Below, in pieces: positions 11,501 through 23,495 of a DNA stretch of 39,682 bases. The stretch covers positions 1 through 39,682 of the forward strand of contig JTLS01000035.1 of NCBI GenBank assembly GCA_000826855.1, written 5' to 3'. The notes under the pieces were generated by a model. It was given only the letters and a program-made list of their open reading frames with translations, did not search any database and was not told the DNA's origin. The translations under genes were made by a program, and so were the position numbers. Every line of letters starts with the position of its first letter. Within the stretch, counting starts at the first letter, position 1. This DNA comes from Basidioascus undulatus. Taxonomy: Eukaryota.

Positions 11501-13659
11501 GTACCATGCGACTTTCCGCCCCGGCGCAGGAACATACATGAATGGGTCGAACGTGATCGAGACCTTGCGCACACCCTCCGCTCACAATCAGCCAGACGGT
11601 CTCACGCAAACTCGCAAGCGGCAGGGATGGGAGTAAAAGGCGCGGAGTATGGGGTACCGCGCGCTCACCTTCGAGCATTCGGGGCATACGACCGTAGACT
11701 TGAACTGGCCCTGAAACAGGTCGACGATGACCGAGTCGTTGCGCTTCTTGTAGAGCTCCCAGCAGAGCTGAGCGAACTTGGCGACCTCCTCATCACCGCC
11801 GCCCATCCAGTCGGGGATCTGCTCGAATCGATCGAACACGTCAGTGATGCGTCCCAGCGTATCGCAAAACCCGTCTGAGAGGATGCACCTCGGTATAAGG
11901 CTTCTTCTGAATCCGGTTCAAGTCCTCGTGCAGGCCGTCCAACAAGAACGCGAGGAGCTCCTGCGTGTCGTGCTGCAAACCGAATATACTCGTCAGCCCG
12001 ACTCGAAGGGCTGTACTTTTGAGGAGACACGTCGCACTTGTGCGTAGCCCGAGAAGCTGGGGGCAAACTTGCTGAGCGTCATCTTGAACTCGCGCGGGGC
12101 GATCGCGCCGCCGCCGCCGGCCCAGAGGCGCTTGATGAGCTGCCCGAACGACTCGGCGACCTGACCCGACATGCCGAGCGGGTTGTCCGGGTTGAGCTCG
12201 GACTCGTAGATGCCGGCTGCGCGTGGAAAGGTAGGGGCTTGCTGTGTCAGCAATTTCGACCTTCACAAAGTCAAGCACTCGAAGGCAATGGGACGCACAG
12301 AGGAAATACACCATCAGCTCCTTCGTGTTCGAGAGACATTGCAGAGCGGAGTTCATGAAGCCTGTGTCCGGCCCCATTCAGCGCGAGCTCGACACTACCG
12401 ACTAGATCGGGCAGAAACGCACAGGTGTTCCCGAGGTTCTGCAGTCCGACCAAGCCCTTCGGCTTGCCAAACGCCGCCTGGCTGCGCGTCGCAACCGCGT
12501 TCCGCTGCGGCACGGGGGGAAGTGCGGGCGGTTGCGCGGCGGGCTTCGAGCCGATGTTCTGTTGAAGCTTGGTGACGAAGTCGGATCCGGCAGCGAAGAG
12601 CGGCGCGCGCTTGGGCTCCTTCTCCGGCTCCCTCTCCGACAACCACGACCCATCCTCGTCCTGCAGCTCGAGCACGAACTCGCCCCCGTCCTCAAGGAGC
12701 GCCTCCCAGAGCTTCTTACCGTCCACGGCGAGCGAGCTCGCGTCGATGCGCTCGACGCTCGGCTCGCGGAGCTTGGAGGGGGGTATCGGGCCGGAGTAGG
12801 GCAGGGCGGACTTGGGGAGACGCCAGAGACGCGAGGGGCGGGGAGGCGTCGAGGAGGCGATGGCGGGGTAGAGAGTACCCGTGGCGAGCGCAAGGAGGGC
12901 GGTGAGGGGTGCGGCGGAAGAGAGCGTGAGGTTCGTAGAGGCGGAGGCGGAGAGCGAGGGCGTCGAGGGCTGGGACGAGGAGGTGGATAGGGAGTAGATT
13001 GTGAATGTCGGGGAGAAGAACTCGACGCGCTCGCTGTTGGCCGCCGTGCTGGTCTTGACGACCTTGCGGGGCAGGGCGGCAGGAGTCGCTCCGTACCTGG
13101 ACCCGAAACCGTTAGTCGAGCCTGACCCAGCTTAATCCCAACGTGGATGAACTCACCATTCGCTCAGCTTGGCCCAAGCGTCCTCCGGCACAAGCTCGAC
13201 ATCCACCCCAACGACAGGGTTCGTTTTGAGCGCGCCCTGCTCGTTGGCGAGGCGCGAGTTGTCCACTGGGCCCAGCTGCGCGTCCTCGCCTTCGTCCTCC
13301 CCCTCCGCGCAATCCTCGCCCATGCGCTCTCCCAGGCTCAGGAAGCGCCTCCACCACCAGCGCTCGACGAGGTACCACGTATCGCCCTCGACGAGCGGGC
13401 GCTTGAGGAGGGGCTCGATCAGGGCGCGCTGCTCGGCGGGGGAGGGCCTGCCGAGAGCGGTGTGGGCGAGGAGGCCGTCGAGCTCGGAGGAGGATGCGGG
13501 CTGGTGGGGCGGGGAGGACGAGGACGCGGACGAGGAGGGCTCTTCGGACGCGCCGCGCTTTGCGGCGGACGCCTCGGACGCCGCGTCGTCGTCCATGTCC
13601 CGCAAGCGCTTGCCCGAGGCCGACATCTCGGCGAGGGCGGGCGTGTTGGGCGTGGTCAT
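8600..13659 (-). CDS. UBP12: Ubiquitin carboxyl-terminal hydrolase, Ubp12/USP4/USP15 family (DUSP plus split peptidase C19)
   Basis: DUSP ([23 protein letters not shown]), Cys box [77 protein letters not shown], His box [34 protein letters not shown]. Confidence 0.93.
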
Positions 13660-14109
13660 TGGGGTCGTATCGGTCGGTCGCAGCTGATGTCTAGTGGTCG
13701 TGTCTAGGCGGGTGATTTTGTAGAATAAGAAAGGATGTTTAGCTATTGGAGACCGGAGAGCCTCTGAGCGGAGGAGCTCGAGCGAGCGGGAGGAGTCGAA
13801 GGAACGAGGAGGTCCAGAGCAGAGCAAACGTCAGTCTGTTGCCCGCTCCTCCACTGTTGAAAATTCGGTCCTCGCAATTGGCCCCTCTCCTCCATCATTT
13901 TGATACCGCATGCCTCCCCAGAGACTTTTCCGGTTTATACAAAGTAATACTTGACGTGTTCTACAGTCGCTCCGGACTGGAAGGGTATACATTTCAAGAC
14001 TTGTTTGGCGCTCACCCTGATCCCCACAGGCAGATTCCCCCTTCCTGCATCTCGGACGTCCTCGTTCCTTCCAGACACTCTCCATCACCCTACCACCTCT
14101 CCACTCATC

Positions 14110-14520
14110 ATGCCGTCCATCCGAAGCACGCACCGCACCACCTCCTCATCATTCTCGAAGCCCTACACACAGGCCGGCAAGGCCAAGCAGCCGGCGCCGG
14201 CGTCCAGGCGCAAGGCGCAGAAGGTCAAGGACCGGGAGGGGCTGGAGGAGCTCAATGGGCAGCTGGGGAGCTTGATGGGCGCAATGGCAGTGAGTAATCT
14301 TCCGATACTGCCACTCGTTGGGAGATAATGTGAGAGACAGACACGCTGGTAGCCTTAAGCGTGCGAGTCCAAGCCCTGAGCTGACGCCTTCATCCTGTCA
14401 CAGTCCAAGCCGCGCACCCCCAAGCCCTCACGAGCCGATCTCCGCGCACGAGATGCTGCCGCACAACGATCCGTCGACGAGGCGCTGGCGCAGCTCGAGA
14501 GCTTCAAAGGACTGTCGTAG
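14110..14520 (+). CDS. Small basic 98-aa protein, possibly RBIS/C8orf59-like ribosome biogenesis factor
   Basis: Exons 14110-14289 and 14404-14520 joined by GTGAGT...GCTGAC...CAG. The product has a K/R-rich N-terminal half, LEELNGQLGSL and a terminal SVDEALAQL helix. Gene model is well supported; family call is weak. Confidence 0.65.
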
Positions 14521-15465
14521 GCTCCGCGACCCACGCACACCCTTCCCTCTCGTCGCCACCCACCCACCACGCATATAGACGCACTTGGCAAACCGCTGTT
14601 GTACTATTAGCCTGCATATCATTGCATCACGCATCCGGGGGACTCTGAATCTTTGCCTTACAAGGGTTCGCGGTGTTCGCGACTCGGTCTACGGAGTGTT
14701 GGAGCTGCTGTGGCAGAAGCCGAGCAGGGTCGCTCATAGAAGTCATGCAAGACACTTCTTGGAATGCCCAAACTCCATGAATGCAGCTGTCTCAGAAAGG
14801 ATTAGGATCATGATCAACAGCGACCGAATCACCCAGCAGATGGAACCGCCGTTTGCGAAGCTGCTCAGCGTTGTGACGACCTTTAAATACTTTATCTGCT
14901 GCATCTCAACGATTCTTTGAAGTACTTTGGATGCCGTCCTTCAGCTCAATCGTTCGAGTTTATAATGGGACCACAAGGGTAAACCATGCATTCGTTCTTT
15001 TCGGGGTGCTTGAAGCGCTTGGCTGTGCAGCAGGCCACGCTTCGTTGTTTCGGGGATTGTTGGCACGCACCCGAAGGCCCTCTGTGCACAGATCCGCTGG
15101 CAAGGCCGCTGATCAGAGGTGAAGCACTGCATGTTGCACTCCTTGCAAAGCAGTAATACTTTCTATAAGCCCATCAGCCGACATATACACTGCTTGATAT
15201 CAATGCTTACGGGCCTACGAGGGGCCATTGAGTTGGCTCAAACCGCATTCTGATCGAGGAGGAAGTCCCTCGAGAGTGTTGCTGTTGAGAAGCGGTGGCT
15301 GCCGCAAATTCTCTGCATTACCGGAGATCACATAGCCAGATCTTCGGCGACAATCTTGCTAAGCAATAGGGAATCCGTCCGAACCATCTTTGAAATCATC
15401 CCGACGCACCCATATCCTGTGGCCTTGTGGAGCACTCGGAGCGTCATGAAATTTTATCCGCCCAT

Positions 15466-16585
15466 TCACACAATGTACTTCCCGTCCCGGATACGCTTTG
15501 CAAGCTCCCTCGTCAGACCGTTGAGGGGCTCCACGTCCTCGGCCAGGAGCCATCCCAAAGACACCGGCATGGCGACGAGCTGCACCTGAGATAACGGGCG
15601 GTGTCCGCCGTAGTGCGCGCTGAATTGGCCCGCCAATAAGATTCACCCTCTACCCAAGCAAATGTTCGGAACTGAATCACGACGTACCCGATAAGAACCA
15701 TGGTAACTGCCATCGGCTCCCCGTCAATCTTTCTGCTCTGCGCCAGCTTTGCCTCTCTCGCCTCCATGAACCCGGATCCTCGGGGTCCGATCTCCTCGAA
15801 CAGAAACCCATTTCTCCCGGACGTCCGGATCCATGAAGATCTGACTCTGGCCGGGTGCGACCGGGAGGGGCATGATGGGAATGAGGAGCCCGTGAGTGGA
15901 CGCGATCTCCGCTGAACCGCGAGTGGAGTACGAGGGGCGGAAGCGACCATGTGGCCAATGAGGACGTCGTTTGCCTGAGGAGCAAAATAAGGAGAGGACT
16001 TAGTACGTGCTTGCTGAAAAGGAGCCCAAGGAGACATGGGTTGGTGTACCTTGCAGATCGACATGATGGTCGCATAGTAGTTGTCCTGCGCCGGTCTGTG
16101 CTGTTCGCAAGTGCAAATCGGGTCGTGCACATTCGATGATGGTCTGTTGAGACTTTGGTTCATCTTGCACTTGAGAAACAGAGAATTGCAATGCGCCCAG
16201 TCAATGGTCTACGTTCAGGTGCTCCGCCGGCCGGCAGACAGACCTGCACTTTGTGGAACTTGCAGCCTGCCCTTTGCTGAAAGATTTACCATCTATCTCT
16301 TCAGCACACGTCTGGAAGGGGAACAAGACGAGGGAAGGTGGGACGTACACAATTTTTGCTACAGTAGAATGACATCCGCCGCACTGCTGCAGTTATCGCT
16401 CCGACGACTCTTCGAGCCGACAAGTGGCGCAGAACGGCCGATCGTCTACGTGTTAAAAAGAGACGACATTGAAGTGCGGTTGAGTACAGGAAGGGTTGCG
16501 AAAGTGTGAACGATGATTGTCGTGCCGCATGTTTCGAGACGTATCTTGCGGCGAGGTCTCCGCCCACCTCGGGCTGTAGGGACAT
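15466..16585 (-). pseudogene. MYND-type zinc finger protein pseudogene
   Basis: PFCATCRLEESSER*LQQCGGC/FYCSKNC|QRAGCKFHKVQ|CKMN keeps the MYND Cys/His spacing across GT-AG introns. It has an in-frame TAA (16393-16395) and a frameshift near 16370. The last exon ends ...KRIRDGKYIV* at 15466. Confidence 0.75.
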
Positions 16586-17815
16586 GTTGAACGATTTATA
16601 GGTAACGGAAGTAAATGTAGGGGTCATTTGAGGCCTATGAATGGTAAGGTGATGGGTGGGAGAAGCTCTGCGCTTGAGTCAACCTCGAAGTTGGTTGAAG
16701 GACTTTACGGGAGATCCGCCGTATAACCGGTGCAACGCAAACAACAAGATGTGAGCCTCGCCTTCGCTTTCGCTCTCTTAAGGACTTGGAAATGTACGGG
16801 AGAAAGGGGACTTAGAGATGCGTATGAAGCCTGGGTTCTCAACCGCATGTCCGCGCGGCTCTCGGCTCGCAAGCTGTGACCTGGGCTGGCCGTGGAGTAA
16901 CACCATCGGAATGCAAGGTGTGTACTCAATCTCTCGTTGTTCGGTTCCTTCTGACACATTATCCGTATATTTGGAGCATAGAAAGCTTGAAATAATTTCC
17001 GGAGGATGTAGTCATCAAGGTCATCTCGTCGCAAGGACTTTCAACGTTCCAACGGAGGCTCTTTGCCCGTGCCCTCCTCGCATCCCTGTCCCGGCCGCCA
17101 AAGGACCTTCCTGTTTTGGCAGCCACAGAATTACTCATCAGGGTCATACCTTGTTATAAACACCCAAATACCCGCAAGTGATTAGCATACCTTGTACGGT
17201 GTGTTGCTTGTGGAGCTTGAAGAGCACGCACTCCATCAGCTGCAGGTGCGGGTCCTCCCAGGCGCCTGCAACTTCCCCTCACTTAGAGGTAATAAACATT
17301 CAAAGATCAAAAGAGCATTTAATTTCTCTATCAGGCCCTCAAATGTTGCAGTGCAATCGCCAACGCAGCACAATTGGTCACACGAGGCTTTGCTCGACCG
17401 ATCGCGACGTCGATAGTCACAACCCCCGGGTTTCATCCGCTGAACGGCAGTGCTCTGCGCTCGTTTCATACCCTCATTACACCCGCAGGGATGGGTTTGA
17501 AGCCTCCAAAGCATGCATCCTGCTCGTGTTGTGAACAACATGCTTCGACACAGATCCATAAGGTGGAACGGCACGAGTTTAGTGGTCTGTTGTGATGGTC
17601 AATTCTTCATAGGCTGCCACACAGTTTCTATTTTTGCATTGAAATAAACTTCAATTCGTTTACTGCCAAGCACCGCGAAGCACCATCGCCGCTCCGGCGA
17701 GGAAGGGATGAATCCATGCGGCGGGCACGAACCTTGCTGCCTACCTGCGCTCCTTGAAGGAAGCTTTCCCTCAAACCGCTCCTTCTTCTTTCGGCCGTAT
17801 CTGAGAGCCTTTAGG

Positions 17816-18654
17816 ATGGCTGATGTCTCGTCCCTCGCACTACCCTCCGAGCCGTCGGCCAGACGCTCGACGGTCCAGCTCTGTCCACCTAACATTCGCC
17901 GCCTGGGCGCACTTTACCGCTTCTCGTCCCATAATCTCTCTCTAGTCGAGGGCGTCCTGCTCTACCGCCTCATCACCTCCGATACTATCGATGAGCCGGA
18001 AGACCCTCTCCCGCTGGCGAAGCTTCAGTACGAGCCCGGCTTGACGACAGTGCGCTGGCTCGAGACTGGAGAGCTGATCGGCACGATCGAGTGGGGCGAG
18101 GAGAAGGACACGGCCGAGAGGCCGCCAGGACATGAAGATGCTCCTGTATGGATATTACAGAAAGAGGGGTATAGGTGTACGGCACTCGGGGTGAGTCCTT
18201 CCATCGAATGTTCACCGATCGCCGCCTCCTCAATCCACACATACATGCTCGCCCCTCCCTGCAGAAACACCACACCTTTCCCGCGCATGATTCGGGTTAC
18301 CACATTGGGTGGGCTAAACACCTCCAACCCGAAGCTTTTTCGGCCTACCGGGTTTCTTCTCCCACCAAGCGGCCTTCCACAGCCCACCTCTTCAAGAAGG
18401 CGCCCATCGCGACGCTCGAAGCATCGAGGACCCTTCCCGGGCGCGAGCCCGAGCTCGCCATCAGCTCCGCAGGGGAGCCCGACTTTGAGAGGTTTCTCAT
18501 GAGCGGCATTGTGCTTTGGGAGGAGGAGCGGAAGAGGAAACCGGTTGGCATTGTTGCGAGCAGGATGGGATGGCGGGTGCGGTTGCTGAGGATGTTGGGG
18601 ATGGTGAGGACCGCCGAGACCGGCAGGGAGGTTGTTGCTGGGATAGGCTCCTGA
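17816..18654 (+). CDS. Hypothetical two-exon protein, DUF6593-like basidiomycete family
   Basis: Intron 18191-18264 (GTGAGT...GCAG) joins two long frames. Motifs TTVRW...ELIGTIEWG and IATL...PELAIS...FLMSGIVLWEEER resemble this family from recall. Confidence 0.6.
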
Positions 18655-19011
18655 ATTATTCATGCCTGAATCCAGTACAGGCCCCGGGCACTGGTTCCAA
18701 GAAAGTGTGCAGGAACATTGAGTGAGGAATCGACTTGGGTGGAGTATAGTCCCTTGCAGTCACCGTCTCTGTTGTTTCATCTTCCGGTGGCTGGGCTAAG
18801 TCGAAGTCGGCGGCGATACACATCTATTGTGCTCTACATTTTCTTTATTTCTTTGCAATTCTTACCCGCCCGCCTCAGATGATGCACTTATCTATATGAC
18901 GCACTACTGAGGTTCGTGGGAATCGCTGAATGGCATCTACTCTCTCGACTTCAGCTGTCTTGGCTGTCTTCTCCTCTCGCGGTCCACCTTCTTCCTCCTT
19001 CACTGCCTAAG

Positions 19012-21298
19012 ATGCCCAAGCCTACGATTGACTACAGCCTTTATTTGGTTACGGCGCGGAATCTGCTTCCCCCGGGCAAGGTGCGGTCCCTCTTCCTGCA
19101 ATGGCGGCGACCGCGGGCAAGCCACTGAGAATGGGCATGGACGATCGGACGAGCAGGACTACTACGAGTCGCTCGAGGAGTCGCTGCAGGGTGGGGTTAC
19201 GCTCGTCCAGCTGCGCGAGAAGCACGCGGACACGGGCGAGTTCATTGAGGTCGCTTCCCGCACCAAGGAGATCTGTGACAAGGTGCGCTCCATGTGTCCG
19301 CTGAGGGCAGTCGTGTGATCTTGCTGACCTGCCCATGGCACGACAGTACTCCGTCCCCCTCCTCATCAACGACCGCATCGACGTCGCTCTTGCCGTATCC
19401 GCTGCAGGTGTTCACGTCGGACAATCAGACGCGCCCCTGGCTATTGCGCGTCGGCTGCTCGGCGAAGACGCTATCGTCGGCGTGAGCATTGGAACGCCTG
19501 AGGATGCGCGTAAGGCGGTGGAAGGCGGAGCGGACTACCTCGGTATTGGGGCAGTGTACAGCACGCAGACCAAGGACGTTAAGAAGGAAAAGATCTTGGG
19601 GCCTCGCGGGGTAGGCAACGTGTTGGAGGCCGTAAGCGGGGACGTCAAGACCGTCACGATCGGTGAGCACATCTCAAATGCAAATCATTCCCTCTCTGTT
19701 CCTTAATAACGGAATACTTCTGCGGGATTTCAGGCGGAGTCAAATCTACAAATGCTCTCCGCATCCTCTACGGCTCCTTCGCCCCTGCATCCTCGCGGAC
19801 GCTCGACGGTCTGGCAGTCGTGTCCGACATCGTCGCGTCCTCGTCCCCGCGCGACGCCTCTCGCCGTTTGCGCGACCTAGTCGACGCATTCAAGTCGCGC
19901 CACGCCGACCCGGCTCAGGCCCTCGCGGCCGTCGAGCGCCCCGCCGAGCAGTGGTCAAAGGAGGCCGCTGCGCTGATCAAGACGCTGCGAGAGGTCCACC
20001 CGCTTGTGCAGCAAATGGCGAATATCGTCACGGCCAACGACCAGGTAGAACTGCTTTTTAATTGTGGAATGAAACCACCAGTGGGCTGAACCAATCTGCT
20101 TGTTCTAGGCTAATGCGACCATCGCCCTTGGCGCTGCGCCCACCATGGCTGCGTACGTCTTCACACTGGTTTTCATTGCGTCCTCTGTTACGAATGGCTG
20201 AGCCGAGGTCATCTGACGCAGCGTCGAAGGCGACCAGCCTGACCTTTCGCCCATCATCGGCGCGCTGCTTATCAACATGGGCACGGTGAATGACGACCAG
20301 CGCAAGAGCATGCTTCTTGGCGGTTTGTCCCATGTCCTTGCTTCCTTTCACAGCGCATCTTCTCGGAACCCTGGCGCTGATCATTTTATATCTGCTGTAA
20401 TTCAGGTCGACTCGCCAACCATAACCGCAAGCCGCTCGTCTTCGACCCTGTCGGCATCGGCGCGTCCAGTTTCCGCAAGGAGGTCGGGAAGGGTGCGTCG
20501 CCTCTGTTTTAACCCCCTTAAGATCATCTTTCAGGCTTGCTTACCGCTTTATACCAAACGCATAGAGCTTCTGGACACGTGGGCGCCCACTGTAATCAAG
20601 GGCAATGCTGGTGAAATCGGATCCATCTTCGGTTCGACTGAGGTGTGTTTGTCTCGTTCCTTACCTCTGCTTATTCGTTACTGAATCATTTATTGCAGGT
20701 CGCTTCTCGCGGTGTGGATTCCGTCGGACCGGGATTTAAGAACCCAGCGAAGATCGTTCAAGCGCTGGCGTACCGCGAACGTGAGCGTCTTTTCCTTCCT
20801 CCCTACTTCTATTCTCGGCTGCTCACTTTGCTGCCGAGCACAGGCTGTATTGTCGCCATGACCGGTATCGACGACTACATCTCCGATGGGCGGACAGTGC
20901 TCAAGGTCTCGAACGGGCATGCCCTTCTCGGGCAAATCACGGGCAGCGGCTGTGTGACCGGCACGGCCGTCGCGGCGTTCTGCGCGGCGGCATCGAGCCT
21001 TGCAGACGCGCCCAAGGCGGGTGGGGAGGACGGACAGCTGGTTAGGGGGGACATGCTACTCGGGACCCTGGCTGGGTGCGTTCTCGGCCCTTCCGCATTT
21101 GCATAGCCGGACATGCAGCTGACGAGCGGTCGGATTAATCTCAGCGTTCTTGCGACTGGGATAGCAGCGGAGATCGCGGCGCAGCGTGATGATGTGCGCG
21201 GACCTAATACGTTCCGGTCGGCCTGGATCGACGAGCTCGCGCACTTGACGCCCGATAAGATGGACGCGCGGGCGAAGGTCGAGGTGGTGAAGGTTTGA
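19012..21298 (+). CDS. THI6: Bifunctional thiamine-phosphate synthase / hydroxyethylthiazole kinase
   Basis: IDYSLYLVT, GGVTLVQLREK, VPLLINDRIDVALA, GVHVGQSD, GADYLGIGAVYST (ThiE). Then PLVQQMANIVTAN, ALLINMGT, PLVFDPVGIGA, VIKGNAGEI, SRGVDS, NGHALLGQITGSGC (ThiM). Confidence 0.97.
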
Positions 21299-21663
21299 GT
21301 GACTGGATTCGGTGAACATTGAGCAAGGTGCATGGACCGCGATGGACGCACACTTGTAGACGCTCGCTTTTATCTTTGTTAAATTCGATGGAGAGTCGGT
21401 ACGCGATCGCAACGCAGGTCTGCGTGGCTTGATCTGTTCGGTGACGATAGAGCTGTGGTTGATGTCGAAAGCATAATGAGTTCTTCAGAAAGGTCGCCTA
21501 AACCGACTCTGGCTTTTGTGGCCTGCAGCAGCGAGCAGGTTATGTATTGCAGCGTGTCAACTGACGCATATCAACCCAGAGGTTTCAACGTGCTCGGTGG
21601 GCAATCACGTTCAAGGAAAGCTACCGTGACACACGTTGTTCTTGTCACTAATAGTCGCCAACT

Positions 21664-22250
21664 CTACTTTCCCTCCCTCGACGCCTTGTACTCGTCCCGC
21701 TGGTCATGGGGAACAACCAAGAGCTCTATGTGTTGCACATGAAGTTGACTCATCAGTATTGCTTATCAAAGGATAAGACGTGCGAGGACCATCTCAAACT
21801 TACCAACGTCCTTCTCCGCCTTGAGATCGTCCTTGAAGACGTCGCTGACCAAATATCCGGTGTCCCAGCCCTCATCCTTGTACAGCAGATACTGTCATTC
21901 CGTACCCATCGACATCATATTTTCCTACGACTTCGCTGTCTTTCTCGGTTCGTTCAAGCCACGCCGTCTGCCCACACTGACGATCCCATCCGCAGTCTTA
22001 TGGCCCGCTCCACTCTCACGTGCATAAATAGCATCGAGTCGAACAAACTGAACGGCACGAGATCGGTGCCGTTGCAGACTTCCGCTGCATCCCCAAAGCC
22101 CTGAAAGGGGATCGTTGGCTTGGATGCGTCTTGCGGCCTCGGCTCGGTGAACTTGTACGGGGTGCTGAGAAATGGCGAGGTCGACTGGTGTCCGACGTGC
22201 GCTTCGTAGTCGGTGGGCGAAATCTGAAGGGAGCTGAATTGATTGGACAT
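21664..22250 (-). CDS. Small hypothetical three-exon protein
   Basis: MSNQFSSLQISPTDYE...LFDSMLFMH|YLLYKDEGWDTGYLVSDVFKDDLKAEKDV|ELLVVPHDQRDEYKASREGK*. The second intron is a clean GTAAGT...CTGAT...TAG; the first intron boundaries are less certain. Confidence 0.5.
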
Positions 22251-23495
22251 GGTGTAAGGCGACAATCGACGTGGCGATCTAGAGAAAAGGACAAGTTTCT
22301 CTTGGTAGAGGTGGTGGTGGATAGGAAAGAGCGCCCAAGCTGAGGCGTCGATCAGTTAATTGTGGGAAACTGCAAGAAACTTGAGGACCTCACTTCACCT
22401 CAGTACTTCGCACCTTCGGCGGCAGCGGAAACTTGGCACTACTGCAAGCGTGCTTGACGCCGGAGAGGCCGCTTCATTTGCGGTGGCATTCACCTTAATG
22501 AACTATAATACCTCGCCCGATGATGTGAAACCGACAGAAAACGTAGGCATCAGGGCCTGTACCGCGTCGCGGCTGAGTGTTTGGAGAGACCGTTCATTGC
22601 TGCGCGATATAATTCTTACCAGTGGACAAATAAGGGGTAGTCTAGACTGTGCTAGAAAAAAAAAACAGGGAATAAGAGTAAGATATATAGCGTCTCTGAT
22701 AACTCCGGTGATCAGCATGCGAGATGAATTCAAAGGAGAATGCGCAGACCAGCAGCCCACGGCAGGTGGGCGGTTCGCATAAGTTAACGGACTTCGGTGC
22801 TCAGAGGTGAATGCCTCAGTGAGCGTGAAAAATAACGATTCATTTTGTTTGACCAATACACTCGAGGACAACCAACAAAACAATGCGGAGCGGATGTGTC
22901 GCCGCCATCGGCGCAAGAATTTACCTATTACCGCGGCGAGGGGCTTCCACGGTGGCTACTTCTGCGGGCCTAGGAGGGATTGAAAGTAGGTGAAGCTATC
23001 TGTTGTGGAAGATGAACCGTTAAGTCGGTAAACAAACTGTTCTGATGAAGGCGGCTTAGAGATGGGCCGTGAGCAGTCCGCGTGCATGCGCGCGACCTGG
23101 ATATGAGAGTGTATGCGCTTCGTCAGATATGAGAAGATCAAGGATTTGATCCTTTTAACCTTCTAGTCACACACAAAGTGGTGATGAAGTCGAGTAATTC
23201 AGCACGAGAGGAAGGCGAAGAAGGCGTGAGGGCACCTGGCAGACAGACGGCAATGGACGGCGCAGCAAAAAGAATCCGGCCCGCAGGCGGAGTTCGGACA
23301 TCGTCCAGCGAACTCCCGAGTCGCCCGCTCCTGCGCCGTTTCGCCCGCCGAGCCGGCGCCTTTCTCCCCTTCACCGCCGCCCGACCCAAGCCCGACCTGC
23401 ACCACTCGTAGCGGGCCCGGAAGGTAACGAGCTTTATCACGGATGCTGAAACGCAAGTGCTCACGCATTTTGTGTAATGTGTAACAGTCATAGCA

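Noticed and set aside
18873..18912. C/D box snoRNA-like element (CCTCAG ATGATGC...CTGAGG)
   Set aside because: About 40 nt is too short, box C is imperfect and no guide sequence is evident.
18860..19160. TPP riboswitch in or upstream of THI6
   Set aside because: Only an isolated CTGAGA (19125) is present; the downstream UGAUC...AAU...CG core was not found. Fungal TPP riboswitches are known mainly from THI4, NMT1 and transporter genes.
21429..21442. 14-mer TTGATCTGTTCGGT shared with 33345-33358
   Set aside because: A few 14-nt matches are expected by chance in a 40-kb window, and the flanks do not extend the match.
22051..22073. Inverted repeat AACGGCAC...GTGCCGTT
   Set aside because: Only an 8-bp stem, and it lies in a predicted coding exon.
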